From positions 13,206,001 to 13,270,000 of the forward strand of contig NC_043015.1 of NCBI RefSeq assembly GCF_006345805.1: 64,000 nt of DNA. The letters run 5' to 3'. Below the pieces are notes generated by a model, which saw only the letters and a list, made by a program, of their open reading frames with translations, was not told the DNA's origin and ran no database searches. Positions 10,515-26,681 of the stretch are shown one piece after another (position 1 is the stretch's first letter; every line of letters begins with the position of its first letter). This stretch comes from Octopus sinensis (lineage: Eukaryota). A program made the position numbers and the translations under genes.

Positions 10515-10595
<81 letters not shown>

Positions 10596-10959
10596 GCTGT
10601 CTGTCTGTTTGTCTGTTTGTCTGTCTGTTTGTCTGTCTTCTGTCTGTCTATGTGTCTGTGTTTGTCCCCCGCCACCACTTCACGACCGGTGTTGGTGTAT
10701 TACGTCCTCATGACTTAGCGGCTCGGAAAAAGGGAACGATAGAATAAGTACTAGGTTTTAAAAAGTCCTGGGGTCGATTTGTTCGACGAAAAACTCTTGA
10801 AGGTGTGGCCCAGCATGGCCGCAGTCAAATAATTGTAACAAGTATATGATAAGACAACTACAATTTGGTAACTACTGATTTTGTTTCCTCGTAGCTTTCT
10901 TAATAATGCTGATTTTTAAAATGAAATTCAGCAGAAATAGATTTTTCGATGGTACAGAA

Positions 10960-11147
10960 CAGTGCTCCGCAACCTTTTTTTCACTTGCTGTACACGTATA
11001 GTCTTTTTCAAAATTCGACGGCACACCTGAACTAAAAATATAACAAAAAGTATAGAGAAAAAATTTATATTAAGATTACATTACGGCACACCTAGCATCG
11101 TGTCGTGGTACACCAGTATGCTGCAGCATATCAGATGCGGAGCACTG
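10960..11147. mobile_element. hAT (Charlie-like) MITE
   Basis: TIRs CAGTGCTCCGCA / TGCGGAGCACTG; 8-bp flanks GTACAGAA / GTATAGAT (6 of 8 identical). Confidence 0.75.
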
Positions 11148-11689
11148 GTATAGATGGAAGTTATTATTTTTTTAATCTTTTGCATTTTACTTGTTTCAGT
11201 CATTGGACTGCGGCCATGTTGGGGCCTCGCCTTGCAGGGTTTGTTCGAAGAAATTGACAAACAAAAATTTGTACTTAGTTCATCGTCTCTTTTGCAGAAC
11301 CGCTAATTTACGGATATGTAAAGCAAACTAACAGCAGTTAACAAGCAGTTGGTGGGTCACCCCAACACACTCACACACACACAAACACATTATATACGAC
11401 GGGCTTTCACACAGTTTTCACCGACCAAATTCACTCACAAGGTATCAGCAGACCAGGGGCTATAGTAGAAGACGCTTAAAGTGACACGCAGTGGGACTGA
11501 CCCTGAAACCACGCGTGTGCAAAGCGAGCTTCTTAACTACACAGCAATTTTTCTTTACTCAAAAAGAAAAGAAGTCTATGCTTTTTAACCATTCAATAAC
11601 TAGTTTATTCACAAAATTTTAATTTCAATTGCAACATTGACGTATAAAGAAACAGGTAAAAAGGGAGATATGAAAGGAAAAAAGGTGGG

Positions 11690-12105
11690 TTAGGAGATGG
11701 AAGGAGAGGGGGCGATGGGTTTCATACCCCAGAGCAAAGGGTGTGCTCAGCCGCACCTCACGGTAATGACCGCGATGGCAATGTCGCAGGGAATGGCCAG
11801 CCCATTCACTGCAGCAGCCACTCCACCTCGCGGGGATAATTTCTTCGACGGGCCGCCGTAACCCCTATTTTGCAGAGGAAATCGGTAGTACGGGGTCCTA
11901 GAACATCTGACGTCTCGACAGCGACCGGCTCAAACCTATAGTGGCCGGTCAGACCCCTGGATTGATTTTTCTCTTTTCTGCGTAACGGGCGGCGATACCC
12001 GGGTTTGCTGCCAATGCAGCAAGGTTGGTGCCAATGCAGCAAGGTTGGGGCCGGAGAACATTGCTGCACATCGCGTCTCAGACTAGAGACCTGCCTCCCT
12101 CGAAA
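11690..12105 (-). mobile_element. 3' fragment of a CRE-like (RLE-type) non-LTR retrotransposon
   Basis: HYRFEPVAVETSDVLGPRTTDFLCKIG...YPREVEWLLQ resembles the FxPxAVETxGxxGP...DPRE..FLxQR C-terminal motif; GC-richer than the flanks. Confidence 0.6.
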
Positions 12106-12944
12106 ACAATGACATTGTCCTGATTGATATCATTCATTATCAAAGTGAAATTGGGAAGCACGGTAAAAAAAAATCTCAGTTTATATTTAGTCTTCTACAA
12201 CATAAAGCAAAAATATTCAGTAATTTGAATACTTTTGATTTGTTTTATAGTAAGCAAAACATAAACTGGGAAACGGTTTTTTTTTATCGTATCTTCCATT
12301 TTCATGCTGATAATGAAGAAACATCAATCAGAATAATATCATAAAATTTTTTTATGCTGTCTCATAATCACAAGTAAGTTATTGATCAGTTAAAAAGGTT
12401 TCTTTTCTTCATGAGTACAAAAATATAAACTAGAAAAAGTTTCTTAAAATTTCATCAGAACAATCGCAATCTACGTCATCACAGATATATCTTTGTAATA
12501 TTTCATTAAAACATATGCATTATCAAAAAAATTTATTAGGAAACAAATCGGTGGGGGTATGGGGGTAAACACAAAACTGGTTATGCATTCAAGGACATCA
12601 GGAAATTCAATCCCAGTTTAACAATGTATCTGGTTGCGTTTGGTTTGATTCTATAAAATAAAATTTGTACTGTTGATCTGTCTCTTTAATTACACTGTGC
12701 AACGCAGGAATAAAAAAAAATTGTCCAGATAATGATTAACTATTATTGATTCAAATCTAATGACATCGAATCCGATTTCTATGTTTTACTGTGACCTGTG
12801 CATTTTCTAGAAATACTTTTATTAAGAGCTCCTATTTAGGTACACTCACGCACGATCACAGACATGCGTGCGCACACACACATACATACACACAACGTAC
12901 ACATAAAAACAACGAGGTTATAGATGCAATAGCAAATTGGATAA

Positions 12945-13470
12945 ACTATAGTTGCTTCTCTCATTTTTAGTGTTATTACTAGTAATGCTGTTGCTGCGAC
13001 TACTGCTGTTGCTGTTATTGCTTCTACTATTGCTGCAACTACTATAATTGCAACTACTTCTACTGCTGCGGTTTCTGTAGCTGCAACCGATGCTGCTGCT
13101 ACAGTTACTGCCACTGCTGCTACCCGTTATTTCCACTACTACAACTACAACTGCTTCTGTTACTGTTGCTACAACCAATGCTGCTATATTGTTAATGTTT
13201 CTTTCTACAGCTGTTTCGATCAGTGGAGTTGGTAGAGTGAGCGTCGCGCAGAAAATTCCTTGAGCTGGCCGCCCACCACCGACCCCACGCCTGTACAGAC
13301 TTATACACAAAACCCAAAAGAGCTATCCCCATAAAAACGTCGCCCGAGGCGGACCCCCTACCTCTCTACTAGCTACGCTACTGGTTCCAGGCTGCTACTG
13401 CTACAAGTGTTGCCACTATTGCTGCTACAATTACTGCTACTGAAGACATCCTACTTCTACTGCAGACGAC
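12945..13470. repeat. degenerate (CTA/CTG/TTG)n trinucleotide low-complexity tract
   Basis: Runs of actact/gctgct/gttgct; source of spurious poly-A/V/T ORFs. Confidence 0.8.
13221..13383. mobile_element. small TIR element (PIF/Harbinger-like MITE) inside the trinucleotide tract
   Basis: Left CAGTGGAGTTGGTAG versus right CTAGCTACGCTACTG (reverse complement CAGTAGCGTAGCTAG). Confidence 0.5.
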
Positions 13471-13813
13471 ACATCCTACTTTTGTTTGAGATATAAATTT
13501 CTCAATCACTATCTATTTCTTTACTACCCACACGGGGCTAAACACAGAGGGGACAAACAAGGACAGACAAACAGATTAAGTCGATTATATCGACCCCAGT
13601 GTGTAACTGGTACTCATTTAATCGACCCCGAAAGGATGAAAGACAAAGTCGACTTGGGCGGAATTCGAACTCAGAACGTAATGACAGACGAAATACCGCT
13701 AAACATTTCGCCCGGCGTGCTAACGATCTTGCCATCACCATCTCATCCTGGCTATCTAAGTTACGGGATTTATTCCAATTCTACCCTTAAAGATGTTGTC
13801 TGCGCTTACGCGT

Positions 13814-13889
<76 letters not shown>

Positions 13890-13910
13890 GCCGTTACTTT
13901 CTTTTTCAAG

Positions 13911-14029
13911 TGACACTTGAAAAAGTTGATGAGGTCTTGGACAAAGCAGAAAGTATGTCTTCAAAATCGTCCACCGAGCAACCTCTTTCGTTAAGGCCAC
14001 CAGACAAAACTGCCTGTCCTTCTCCATAA
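13911..14029 (+). CDS. candidate terminal coding exon of an unidentified plus-strand gene
   Basis: Acceptor TTACTTTCTTTTTCAAG|; phase-1 frame (V)TLEKVDEVLDKAESMSSKSSTEQPLSLRPPDKTACPSP*; unique, protein-like sequence. Confidence 0.4.
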
Positions 14030-15271
14030 AAGGAACGTGACAGAAAACTGGATGCTTTTTCGCTTTCAAATATCAGTTAATGTAAAATGTAGTAAGCTAA
14101 ACTGTTGGAATGTCATGTGTGAGAATCAAGTATACATAGACTGGAATATTGAAATTTGATGTTGCAAACACACTAAATGTTTGTAGCTCTGCAAAAAATA
14201 TAATGCTGTGTGGCATTTAAACCCACGTTATCTGTATTTAAAAACCATACGTATTCATTAGATATAAATCAAAATAGTACAATTGAATTTTCCTTAAAGG
14301 CTGTAGGACATGTGAAAAAATATTTCAGATATGTGTTCTGTATACTGAAAATAATTGCCACATTTTCTGAAAATGAAAATATGAACAAATAGACTTTTGA
14401 TCAAAGACGTTCTAGCCGTGTACGTCTAGTATTTTATTCGGATAAAGTGTATTTGAAACTAAATATTTTACTATTTGAAGACAGTATGATGTAATCTATA
14501 CACAAACACACACACATATACAGTTTTATATATGTATATATATATATATATATATATTGAAAAGACTGCCTCCACGCGCTGCTACTACACTTTCGTCCTT
14601 GCCAGCAAAAGGCTTCTTCGTTCGTCCCCTTGTGTGGTTGATTTCCTGTATATATTCTTGTTATTTTCTCGTTTTGTAACTAATGTACTTTTTGTACATG
14701 TATTTTTATTTTTGCAGTTTTATTGTTTGTCTATGCCAGAAAAAAGGCTTTTTTTCGTTCGTCCTCTTGTGTTTGTTTTTGTACATGTATTTTAATTTTG
14801 CAGTCTTATTGTTACGTCTTGTTTGTGTTCGTACTCATTGTGCCCCGCTGCTTGAAATTTTATTTTAATTCTCTCGCAGGAAGGCCTATGGATTAGTGTT
14901 CTGTTATGCCTTCGAAACATGCCTGACTCCTCTAGCGACAGCTGATGACGGGGGTTTTGTCCTTGTGTAGCTCGTCCTGTATTGTTTTTCGTTTTCTTGT
15001 TTTTCGTTTTCCGTTTTCTTGTTTTTTTTGTTTTTTTGGCTTTTTCCGTTTCTACGTCTTATTGTGATGTCCTGTACTCCCGTATAATTATTTATATATG
15101 CATGTATATATACATGTAGATGTAGGTACGTACATATATTTGTATGTATGCATATATTTTTATTTATCTCCTATATTATATATATATATATATTATATAT
15201 TATATATATATAATAGTGTGTGTGTGTATGTATATAGTATATATGTATATATATATATATATATTATATAA

Positions 15272-15314
<43 letters not shown>

Positions 15315-15502
15315 CATACATATATAAGCATACATAATTAAAGATAAAATCAATGATCTTATCAGTGGCCAGCATGTAATAAAAACCATATAAGTAATGA
15401 AAATACCGATATATTTATACACACACACACAACAACACACACCACACACACCCACACACACCACACACAACACACACAACACACACCACACACACACACA
15501 TA

Positions 15503-18082
<2,580 letters not shown>

Positions 18083-18091
18083 TGTACGCGC

Positions 18092-18137
<46 letters not shown>

Positions 18138-18200
18138 ACATATATAAATGGATAGATAGATAAATTTAGATACAGATATATATATAGATACTAAAACTAA

Positions 18201-18328
18201 ATATATTCAGAAGATAAACTCATATGTACAAACATAAATATATTTATATATATTGACTAATAAATTCATTAGTCAATATATATAAATATATTTATGCTTG
18301 TACGTATGAGTTTATCTTCTGAATATAT
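18201..18328. repeat. long near-perfect palindrome (about 61-bp arms)
   Basis: ATATATTCAGAAGATAAACTCATATGTACAAAC...GACTAAT / ATTAGTC...GCTTGTACGTATGAGTTTATCTTCTGAATATAT; 2 mismatches, short loop. Confidence 0.9.
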
Positions 18329-18344
18329 CTGTAATATATGTGTA

Positions 18345-18413
<69 letters not shown>

Positions 18414-18745
18414 TGTGTGTGTGCATTTATATATATGAAGCCTGATCGTATTTATCTGGATTACTATCTCCATATGAGCTCACCTGAATTTCTCTTATAG
18501 CCACTCTTTACACTGTGGACCTGGTCCTTGATAAAGACTTCGGAGTTTAAGTTCAAGCACTTCTACGTGTTTTCTATATATTTCTCTAGAAATTTGTTGA
18601 CTGCATAATCACATGCACGCACGCACACACATATGCACCCACATATATACACACTCACGCACACACACGCACTCACGCACACGCATGCACGCATACACAC
18701 GCACGCACGCACGCACGCATACACACAGATACGCATGTCTAGACG

Positions 18746-19645
18746 AAGGTAGGCTGAAAAGTTCATAGGCTGACTATGAAGGAGTGATGCTAGAGCTGTA
18801 AAATCTTGCATGCAAGAATTTCAACTGATTGATAACTACATTGTTTCTTTCCAGATAAACTGACATTTGATTTTTCAAAGACTTCAAAAGTAGTACGTAG
18901 TAGCGACTTCTCTTGCAAAATGGACAAAACTTGACAGCGTGGTGTTATCAAGTACCTGCAGGAAAAGGGTTAACCCCTAAGGACATTCCTGCTGACATGG
19001 CTGCTTCAGCTTTCTCAACAGTGCAAAAGTGGGTAGCTAAAGTGGAAGGGAGACACTTAAAGATGGTCCAAGGCCTGGACGTCCTGTAATTGCCACCACC
19101 AGGGAAAACATTGATCGTGTTCACCACATGGTGATGGATGACAAGCAATTGACTGTAAATCAAATAATCAAAGCTATTAGCATATCCCGTGAGTGAGTTG
19201 AGAATATTCTGCACAATGAACTTGGCATGACGAAAGCTTCTGATACCTGATCAAAAGCGCACCAGGTTGTTCACATCACGGGAAAATCTGACATTGCTTG
19301 AAACAGATCCAGATGGTTTCCTTGAGTGTTTCCTAACCTAGGATTAGTGTTGGGTTCATCACTTTGAGCCAGAAACAAAAAGACAATCCATGCAGTGGAA
19401 ACACCCCTTCTTACCTGCTCCTAAGTAGGCCAAGTTCGTGTCATTTACAGGTGAGGTGATGGCCTCAGTATTTTGGGACGCAAGAGGCATTGTGTCTATT
19501 GACTATCTTCAAAAGGGACACACCAGGAATGGAGAGTTCTACGCAAAATTGCTGAAGTCGTTATAAAAGGCAGTCAAGACCAAATGCCCAGAAAATCTGA
19601 CGAAAGGGGTTTTGTTTCATCAGGAACAACCAGCATACAAGTCTC
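18746..19645 (+). mobile_element. decayed mariner transposon (3'-truncated)
   Basis: TIR-like CGAAGGTAGGCTGAAAAGTTC; WVHHFEPETKRQSMQWKHP, VMASVFWDARGIVSIDYLQKG. Confidence 0.8.
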
Positions 19646-19689
19646 ATATATATATGAGTACATCTCGTACATGTATATATTTGGAGTTT

Positions 19690-20470
19690 TTCTGAAATAT
19701 AAATCATTAGTTATATATTAAAAAATCTTTAAAAAACAGAAAGAAATGAACCTTTTAGAAAGACGCTTTTTGTATTGTGTTAAGCGCTGTCGCTGATTAC
19801 AATTTCTCAAATACCTATCTTTCGGGATAATCCGTATAGAGGAATTTGTTTTTAGTAGCGTTGTTGATTATTTCTGGTTTAGTTTGAAATTAGAATTCTT
19901 ATAAAGTATTCTTTTACCTTTCGTAGTTTCGAAGTTCTCCACATCGAGAGTCTCCACAGTTTGTTACCGGTATCATTTTTCTATCCCATACGAATTTCAC
20001 CTTTAAGAGTTTTTAAAAAGTTAATGGTTGTCTTCGACTGTTGATAATTTGTGTTTCTTTAAGCTATTTTTCCGTGTAATTGTAATTTTTTGGTGTAAAA
20101 TTGGAAGATGTTATTTGATCGCATCTAGAGTGTTATGGATTCTATGATCAGGGGTGACTGCAAATGGGATATTATGTTTGCGTTTTTGTCTTTGCCCTCA
20201 GCGTGAGGGCTTCTGCGTAATGCAGAGATTAGAGTCTCTTTTGCCTTGGCTATGACATGATTTACTAAATATTTGGATGTAGGTGTGGGGTAGTCATTTG
20301 TATTTAGCAAGAATATATTTAGTTTTACCAGATCAGAAGAAACTAGTGGTCGTAGAATATAGTTTTTTACAGTTCGTATATCGCTGAAGAAAAAATTTTC
20401 TGATGTTTCGGATTAAGGCTTTTTTGGAGAAAAATAATAAAAAACGGAAGAGTTTTTCGCGTTCTTAGTT
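19690..20470 (-). mobile_element. Penelope-like retroelement remnant (RT thumb/linker region)
   Basis: ...NDYP...LVNHVIAKAKETLISALRR... and VTNCGDSRCG resemble PLE YP..I...I.KA....LR and KCGxxRC linker motifs; a similar fragment lies at about 22010-22330 (NIPFINTHSP). Confidence 0.5.
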
Positions 20471-20479
20471 CATAGAAAT

Positions 20480-20929
20480 ATGTTATGTATGTGTGTGTGT
20501 GTATGTGTGTATGTGTGTGTGTATGTGTGTATGTGTGTGTGTATGTGTGTGTATATGTGTGTTCGTGTGCGTGTGTGTGTGTGTGTGTGTGTGCGTGCGT
20601 GTATACACGCATATATATATGTGTTTATGTATATATGTATATATATATATGTATATGTATATTTGTATATATATATATATGTATATATATCTATATATCT
20701 ATATATATATATGTATATATCTATATACGTATATATATGTATACATATATGTATATATATATATGTATATATATGTATGTATATATATATGTATATATAT
20801 GTATATGTATATATATGTATATATGTACATATATATATATATATGTGTATGTATATGTATATGTATATGTATGTATGTATATATATATATATAATATATA
20901 TATATTATGTATATATGTATATATATATG

Positions 20930-20963
<34 letters not shown>

Positions 20964-21000
20964 ATATGTGTGTGTGTGTATGTGTGTGTGTGTGTGTGTA
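20480..21000. repeat. compound (TG)n/(TA)n microsatellite
   Basis: Direct reading; similar tracts at about 15090-15500, 25510-25620, 25920-26065, 27775-28040, 32300-32570, 46325-46890, 49660-49970, 56995-57110, 62520-62650. Confidence 0.95.
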
Positions 21001-22010
21001 TCAGGTCATCCTATAAGTTCTGTCCGAATTTTGAATAAAGAAAACAAGTGATCAAATGTTATATTTAATTGAAATTTAATCATCATTGTACTTACTCTGA
21101 TTATCGTTGACTTCCTTCCATCTATTTACAAGCTTTTTAATCCCATCAATGTAAAACTATTTTTTTTTCAAAGCGAAGAACTTTGACCTCCTCCTGGCTT
21201 GCGAAAGTTATGTTTCCCAAATGATTCTGTAAACTACGAAACAAATGGTAGTGTGAAGGACCAAGGTCGGGAGAATAAGGTGGATGAAGAATTTTTTCCC
21301 AACCAAGCTCTTCGATCTTTGTGATGTGATCTTTGCAGTGTGGAGTCGCGCATTTTCCTGATAAAACATCACTCCTTTTCGATTCACTAAAGAGGGTCTT
21401 TTTTTCTTCAAAGCTTGGTTCGAACACTCTAATTGCTGACAGTAGACTTGAACGTTGATTGTTGCATTAGGTGAGAACAATTCAAAGTGACAGATAGAGA
21501 GAAGAACCTTTTTTCCATGAAGTTCCCTTCACGGTTGTGGTTGAGCTTTTTCCTTTTTACCAAGCCACTGTTTACGACGTTTAACATTTCGATAGAAGAT
21601 CCATTTTTCGTTACCAGTCACAAGTCTATCCAAAAAGGGTGAAATGAGTTCGCGAGAATGGAAAGAAGAGCAGATGTCAACTCAGGATTTGCGGTTGCTT
21701 TCGGACAATTCATGAGGCACCTGTTTTCCAAGTTTAGGAACCTTTCCCAAGTTGTTGAAGATGACGATGAACAGTTGTATGGTTTGAACTAAGCTTTATT
21801 GCCAATTCTTCAACTGATAATGCAGGATTTTCTTCAAGTAATGCCTCAAGGAGCTTATCATCAAACTCAACTGGACGTCCTGTTCGATCTTCATCTTCAA
21901 GGCTGAAATCTCCACTTCTGAATTTTGCAAACCATCTTCTGCAAGTTCCTTCATTCAAGCATTCTTTCCCATAAACTGAGTGTATGAATTTTATGTGGAT
22001 TCGACTTTCT
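21001..22010 (-). mobile_element. decayed mariner (DD34D-type) transposon
   Basis: WFAKFRSGDFSLEDEDRTGRP, VTGNEKWIFY, HPPYSPDLGPSHYHLFRSLQNHL; TIR-like end TCAGGTCATCCTATAAGTTCTGTCCG at a TA. Confidence 0.85.
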
Positions 22011-22383
22011 AAGTATTTAAAGTTGTTGTTGCATGTTCCACATTTCTTGTCTCTACATTCTTTTACTAAGAATTCTGATTCATTTTTTTATTTGAATTCT
22101 ATCTTTGTGAGGTGTTTTAAAAATGTTTTGGTTGGTGTCTACTATTCCGTGAGGTGTTTTTTTACAATCAGATTTTTCATCTTGGGGTTTTGTAGGAGTA
22201 TATCTCTTAGTTCGATTTTATGGCGTGAAAGATGGTTATTCCAGGACTGTGTGTGTTAATGAACGGAATATTGTTTTCATTAACTTTTTCCTTAGCTGTC
22301 CGTAGTTGGGTGATGTTCTGTTTCATCACCTTTTAACCCCCCCCCTCTCTCTCTATCTCTCTATCTATCTATTTATCTATCTA

Positions 22384-22499
<116 letters not shown>

Positions 22500-22901
22500 C
22501 CTACCTATATTTACATCTATCTGTCTCCATTGTCATGAAACCTCATCTCCAAAACACAAAAACAATATTCTTCTCTTCTAAACAAAACCCCTTCCAAAAA
22601 TCTGTTTTATATAAATGAACAAGTTGTTTGTACATTCACAAAATTCTATTTGACAAGTTCGAGAAACGAACGAAAGCACGAATAATACTGAAGAAATAAA
22701 AAGATTTTTTTCCAAAACTCTGACGACCTTTTTTCTTTATATATATATATACTTTATAATTAGGGTGGTGAAGCAAATCTCTGCCGAACCCTAATTATAA
22801 AGTATTACTTAAGCTTACCATGAAATAGTCTTTTTCATGCCGAATTCTGCTTGGTGAAATTACTGATTACTTCTTAATTAATTAATTTTACCTTTTGTTA
22901 T

Positions 22902-22951
<50 letters not shown>

Positions 22952-25525
22952 CATGCATGTTTATATATATGTATATATGTATATATATATCTTTTATCTT
23001 TTGTCATTAGACTGCGACCATGCTGGGGCACCGTCTTGAAGGATTTTTAGTCGAATGAATCGACTTCAGTACATATACGATAGGCTTCTTTCAGTTTCCC
23101 TCCTACCAAATCCACTCACAAAGCTTTGGTCGCCCCGAGGCGACACTTGCCCAAGAAGACACTTGCCCAAGGTGTCACGCATGGGGACTGAACTCGGAAC
23201 CATTTGGTTGGGAAGCAAACTTCTTACCACACAGCCACGCATGTCTGTGTGCGTATGTGTGTGTATGCAGACAAATACACATACACAGACATATATATAA
23301 ATGGATAGATGTGTGTATGTGCGCGCGCGTATGTATGCGTGTGTGTGTGTGCATGTGGGTAAGTGTGTGTGTATGCGTGTGTGTGTAATCGTAATGATTC
23401 AGAATTATTAACTCTAGGGAGTAGAAAAGTGCGTAGTGTCTGCTTTGATAATTCAGCTTAATACGTCTTATATTGGACGATTTAGCTAGAAAATGAATAG
23501 TTCATTTCCTCTGAGAATATAGAAACTTTAATTGCTCACAAGTTGGCGAAACTAATGATTGTTTCTAAATAACTGTCAATCAAAATCAGTTTAATCTCTC
23601 TATTAAAATAGGGTATAACCAACTCGCAAAGTAGATCAGTTCGTAATGATATGAAAAATCTGGTCACGTACCTTGCCTACGTCTTTAGTTAACGGAGAGA
23701 GTGTCGTTAGTTGATACAAGAATGAGGTGTGTGTTCGTTGGGATCTGTTTAAAGCAATAACCGTTTCATACTGGTGTAATGTTAGATGTTAACTCGTAGT
23801 TGTTGGTCCAGCTTGCGTAGGAACTGAGAAGGATTGCGGCCACCTAACTCTTCTGAGATAAGAAGTTGATGCAACTGCTCCTTTTAATGCTGACGTACGT
23901 TTTATAAGTCCTTTATTCAAAGTTGGGAAGGTCAGGGTGTGTATTGAAACTTGTCATACCATTTCTGACTGAAACAAGCTTATAACATTTGTGAAGTACA
24001 AAGCTTCTGATATGTTGAGCTTTAAAAACTTTAAAGAGTTCCATTTGTGGTAGTGTCTTAGCGCTCTTGGTGTGCTCTGAAACATATCAACATCCGGACC
24101 AGGTATATCATATAAGGCGAAATCAAATGTTACATTCAAATAATGTGAAAACGTGTTCAAGCAAATCTTAAACTGTTAAACTATTGCGCGAAATATGTTT
24201 TATGGTTTTATTTTCTACTTAGCATCAAAATGCTTGAAGCTCACTGAATCTAGTTTGAGTAGCGCAAACATTTTCTATCCTGACACGGAATTGGCTGTAG
24301 AGTTGCTTACTCCCCGATGAAAATTGAGTTTCCGGGTCCTTTACAAGTATAATTTCTAAACATTTTTTTATCACAAGTAAGAAAAACTGCAAATTTAGGA
24401 ATAAAATGTTTATTACATTATACAAGCGGAAGAGAATAATTGAAACACAATATAAATGCTTCAAACCTTTTCATTAATGTAGCTGAGAAATGAAAATGGC
24501 ACGAACAACGAATTGTTATATCTAACGAATAAAGATGGGTTTAAATTTTGTAAACATGTCCAACACCGCGGAAAATGAAGAATTATATAGAAGCAAACTC
24601 AATCTTGTCTTCTCATTAATATAGAGAGGTTGTGAAGGTGGTGGGGGGGAGGGGGAGGGACAAACAGTTGTCGTATGTATGTTGAAGATGTCTGGCATTT
24701 ATCAGTTTGAACATCATTGCGCTTATTGACAGGTGATCAAAATAAATTTCACTTGTCCTGCGAAATAGAGAGGTTAACCAAGCTGTGCGATGTAGTCCAG
24801 ATATGGGAATGTAGTCCAGTTTGTAACAATAAGATATATGTTGGCATGTGTGTGATGGAATCCCGGCTATAAAACACGTGATTCCCCACAAACAGTAAAA
24901 TTGACAAAGTTTACTTTAACATAAGACAGCCACTACAAATAATTCAAATTAATAAATGTTGTCAGAAATTGTGAATTTAGTTGGAATTGCAATTTTGTTT
25001 GAAATCGGTGACGGTGGAATGAAATGAAATGTTTACCAAATTTGACAGGATATATTAATGTTGAGTAGTGTATAAAACCATACCGAACAAAAATGAGATT
25101 AATTATGAATAAGGTTTTAGGAAATGAATCATAGAATATTTATGACAAGCTGATAGTAACTAATTAAAGTTTTCAATATTCACATATCTGTGTACCAAAT
25201 ATAATTTTAGAAAAATTATTATTTCTAATTCTCTGAACGAGAAACATTCAGTAACAGTATTCTAAAGTAAAAATGATTTGTCAACATAATGTGGCAGTCC
25301 TGAATAGGACGGATGTTACTGTTATTTAGCCCAGGGAACATCGTCTCCAGCTGGCTATCGACGCACTATCTGCGTCCTTGTATTTTCGAACAAGGGAGCT
25401 TAGTGTCCCCTCTCAGCTCAGCACAATGTCAATGTATCAATGGTTTCTGGGTTATTTCTCTTCATCAGCACAGATGTTAACTAAATATGAATCATGTATT
25501 CATTATCTCTCCTCAAACACACACA

Positions 25526-25571
<46 letters not shown>

Positions 25572-25577
25572 ACACAC

Positions 25578-25618
<41 letters not shown>

Positions 25619-25787
25619 ATATATCTCTTTCTCTCTTCTCCCCTTCTCTCTCAAAAAAGTATATATTCATTTACGCACACAGGCATATATATATATACAG
25701 CCATTTCATTATGTTGAACCATTAATCCCTACACATTTTTTTATTCTCTCCGCTTTTTTTCTCTCTCCGTTTTATTCCTTCTCGATC

Positions 25788-25823
25788 CTTTCTGACGAAG
25801 TGTCTAGGCTCGAAACGTCAAAG
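25788..25823 (+). ncRNA. minimal type I hammerhead ribozyme-like motif in a Penelope-type repeat
   Basis: CTTT-CTGACGA-AGTGTCTAGGCTC-GAAAC-GTC-AAAG: core CUGANGA/GAAA/UC, stem I CUUU:AAAG, stem II degenerate; a more decayed copy lies at about 46205-46240. Confidence 0.5.
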
Positions 25824-25963
25824 ACTTTTCCATTCTTCCCGAGCATTAAACTAATACACCTGCTTGCCTTCATCTTTTGTTTTCTGTAAATTTGAACGAC
25901 ACACACACACACACATGCCTGTACGTGTATGTATGTATGTATGTTTGTATGTATGTATGTATG

Positions 25964-26043
<80 letters not shown>

Positions 26044-26506
26044 ATATGTATGTATGTATGTATTTGAAGGGTCAAAGTTACTGCCCGAACCATAGGTTAA
26101 TAAGGCTAGTTTCCCGGTGTCTGTGGCATATATATTTCCCCTAAATGGGATACCCCTTCGCCGCGGAATTACTCCTTGTTGCTAGCTGACCAGCGTGAAG
26201 TGTTTTGCTCAAGAACAGAGCGCATCACCCGGTCAATAAATCGAAACTGCAATCTTACGATCATGTGTGCAACACCCTAACCACCAGGTCACATACCCCC
26301 ACCTGTATAAAGTTCCTGGATTTGAGTAAAAGAAAATACGAGAGAATCAGGTATGATTTTATTTAACATGTTCCCGTCTCAGATTCACACACTTATTGCA
26401 GCAGTCCTTCAGATATTTTAAGCCTTGTAAAAGAACTCGGAGGGTTGGGCTTCCAACCAGGCCTTTTGTGATATCCTTAAAGCGCAGAGCTTTTCAGCAG
26501 TCCCTC

Positions 26507-26537
<31 letters not shown>

Positions 26538-26681
26538 TGTATGTATGTATGTATGTATGTATGTATGTATGTAGGTGTGTGTGTGTGTGTGTGTTGTGTG
26601 TGTGTGTGTGTGTGAAAGAGTGTACACATATAAACATATAAATATGTATATATTCTGTACACTAAATAAGCTGCCATTGAT

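Noticed and set aside
12836-13310. Hydrophobic Ala/Val/Thr-rich ORFs resembling membrane proteins
   Set aside because: Translations of a degenerate trinucleotide tract
14905-14960. CGAAAC...CTGATGA as a type II hammerhead
   Set aside because: Stems I and III and the UH cleavage site cannot be formed convincingly
20480-21051. Long Cys/Val/Tyr/Ile ORFs (also 46277-46951, 49600-50088 and others)
   Set aside because: Dinucleotide microsatellite translations
23500-25200. Unique-looking region with short minus-strand ORFs
   Set aside because: No recognisable motif, consistent splice pair or long frame; cannot be called
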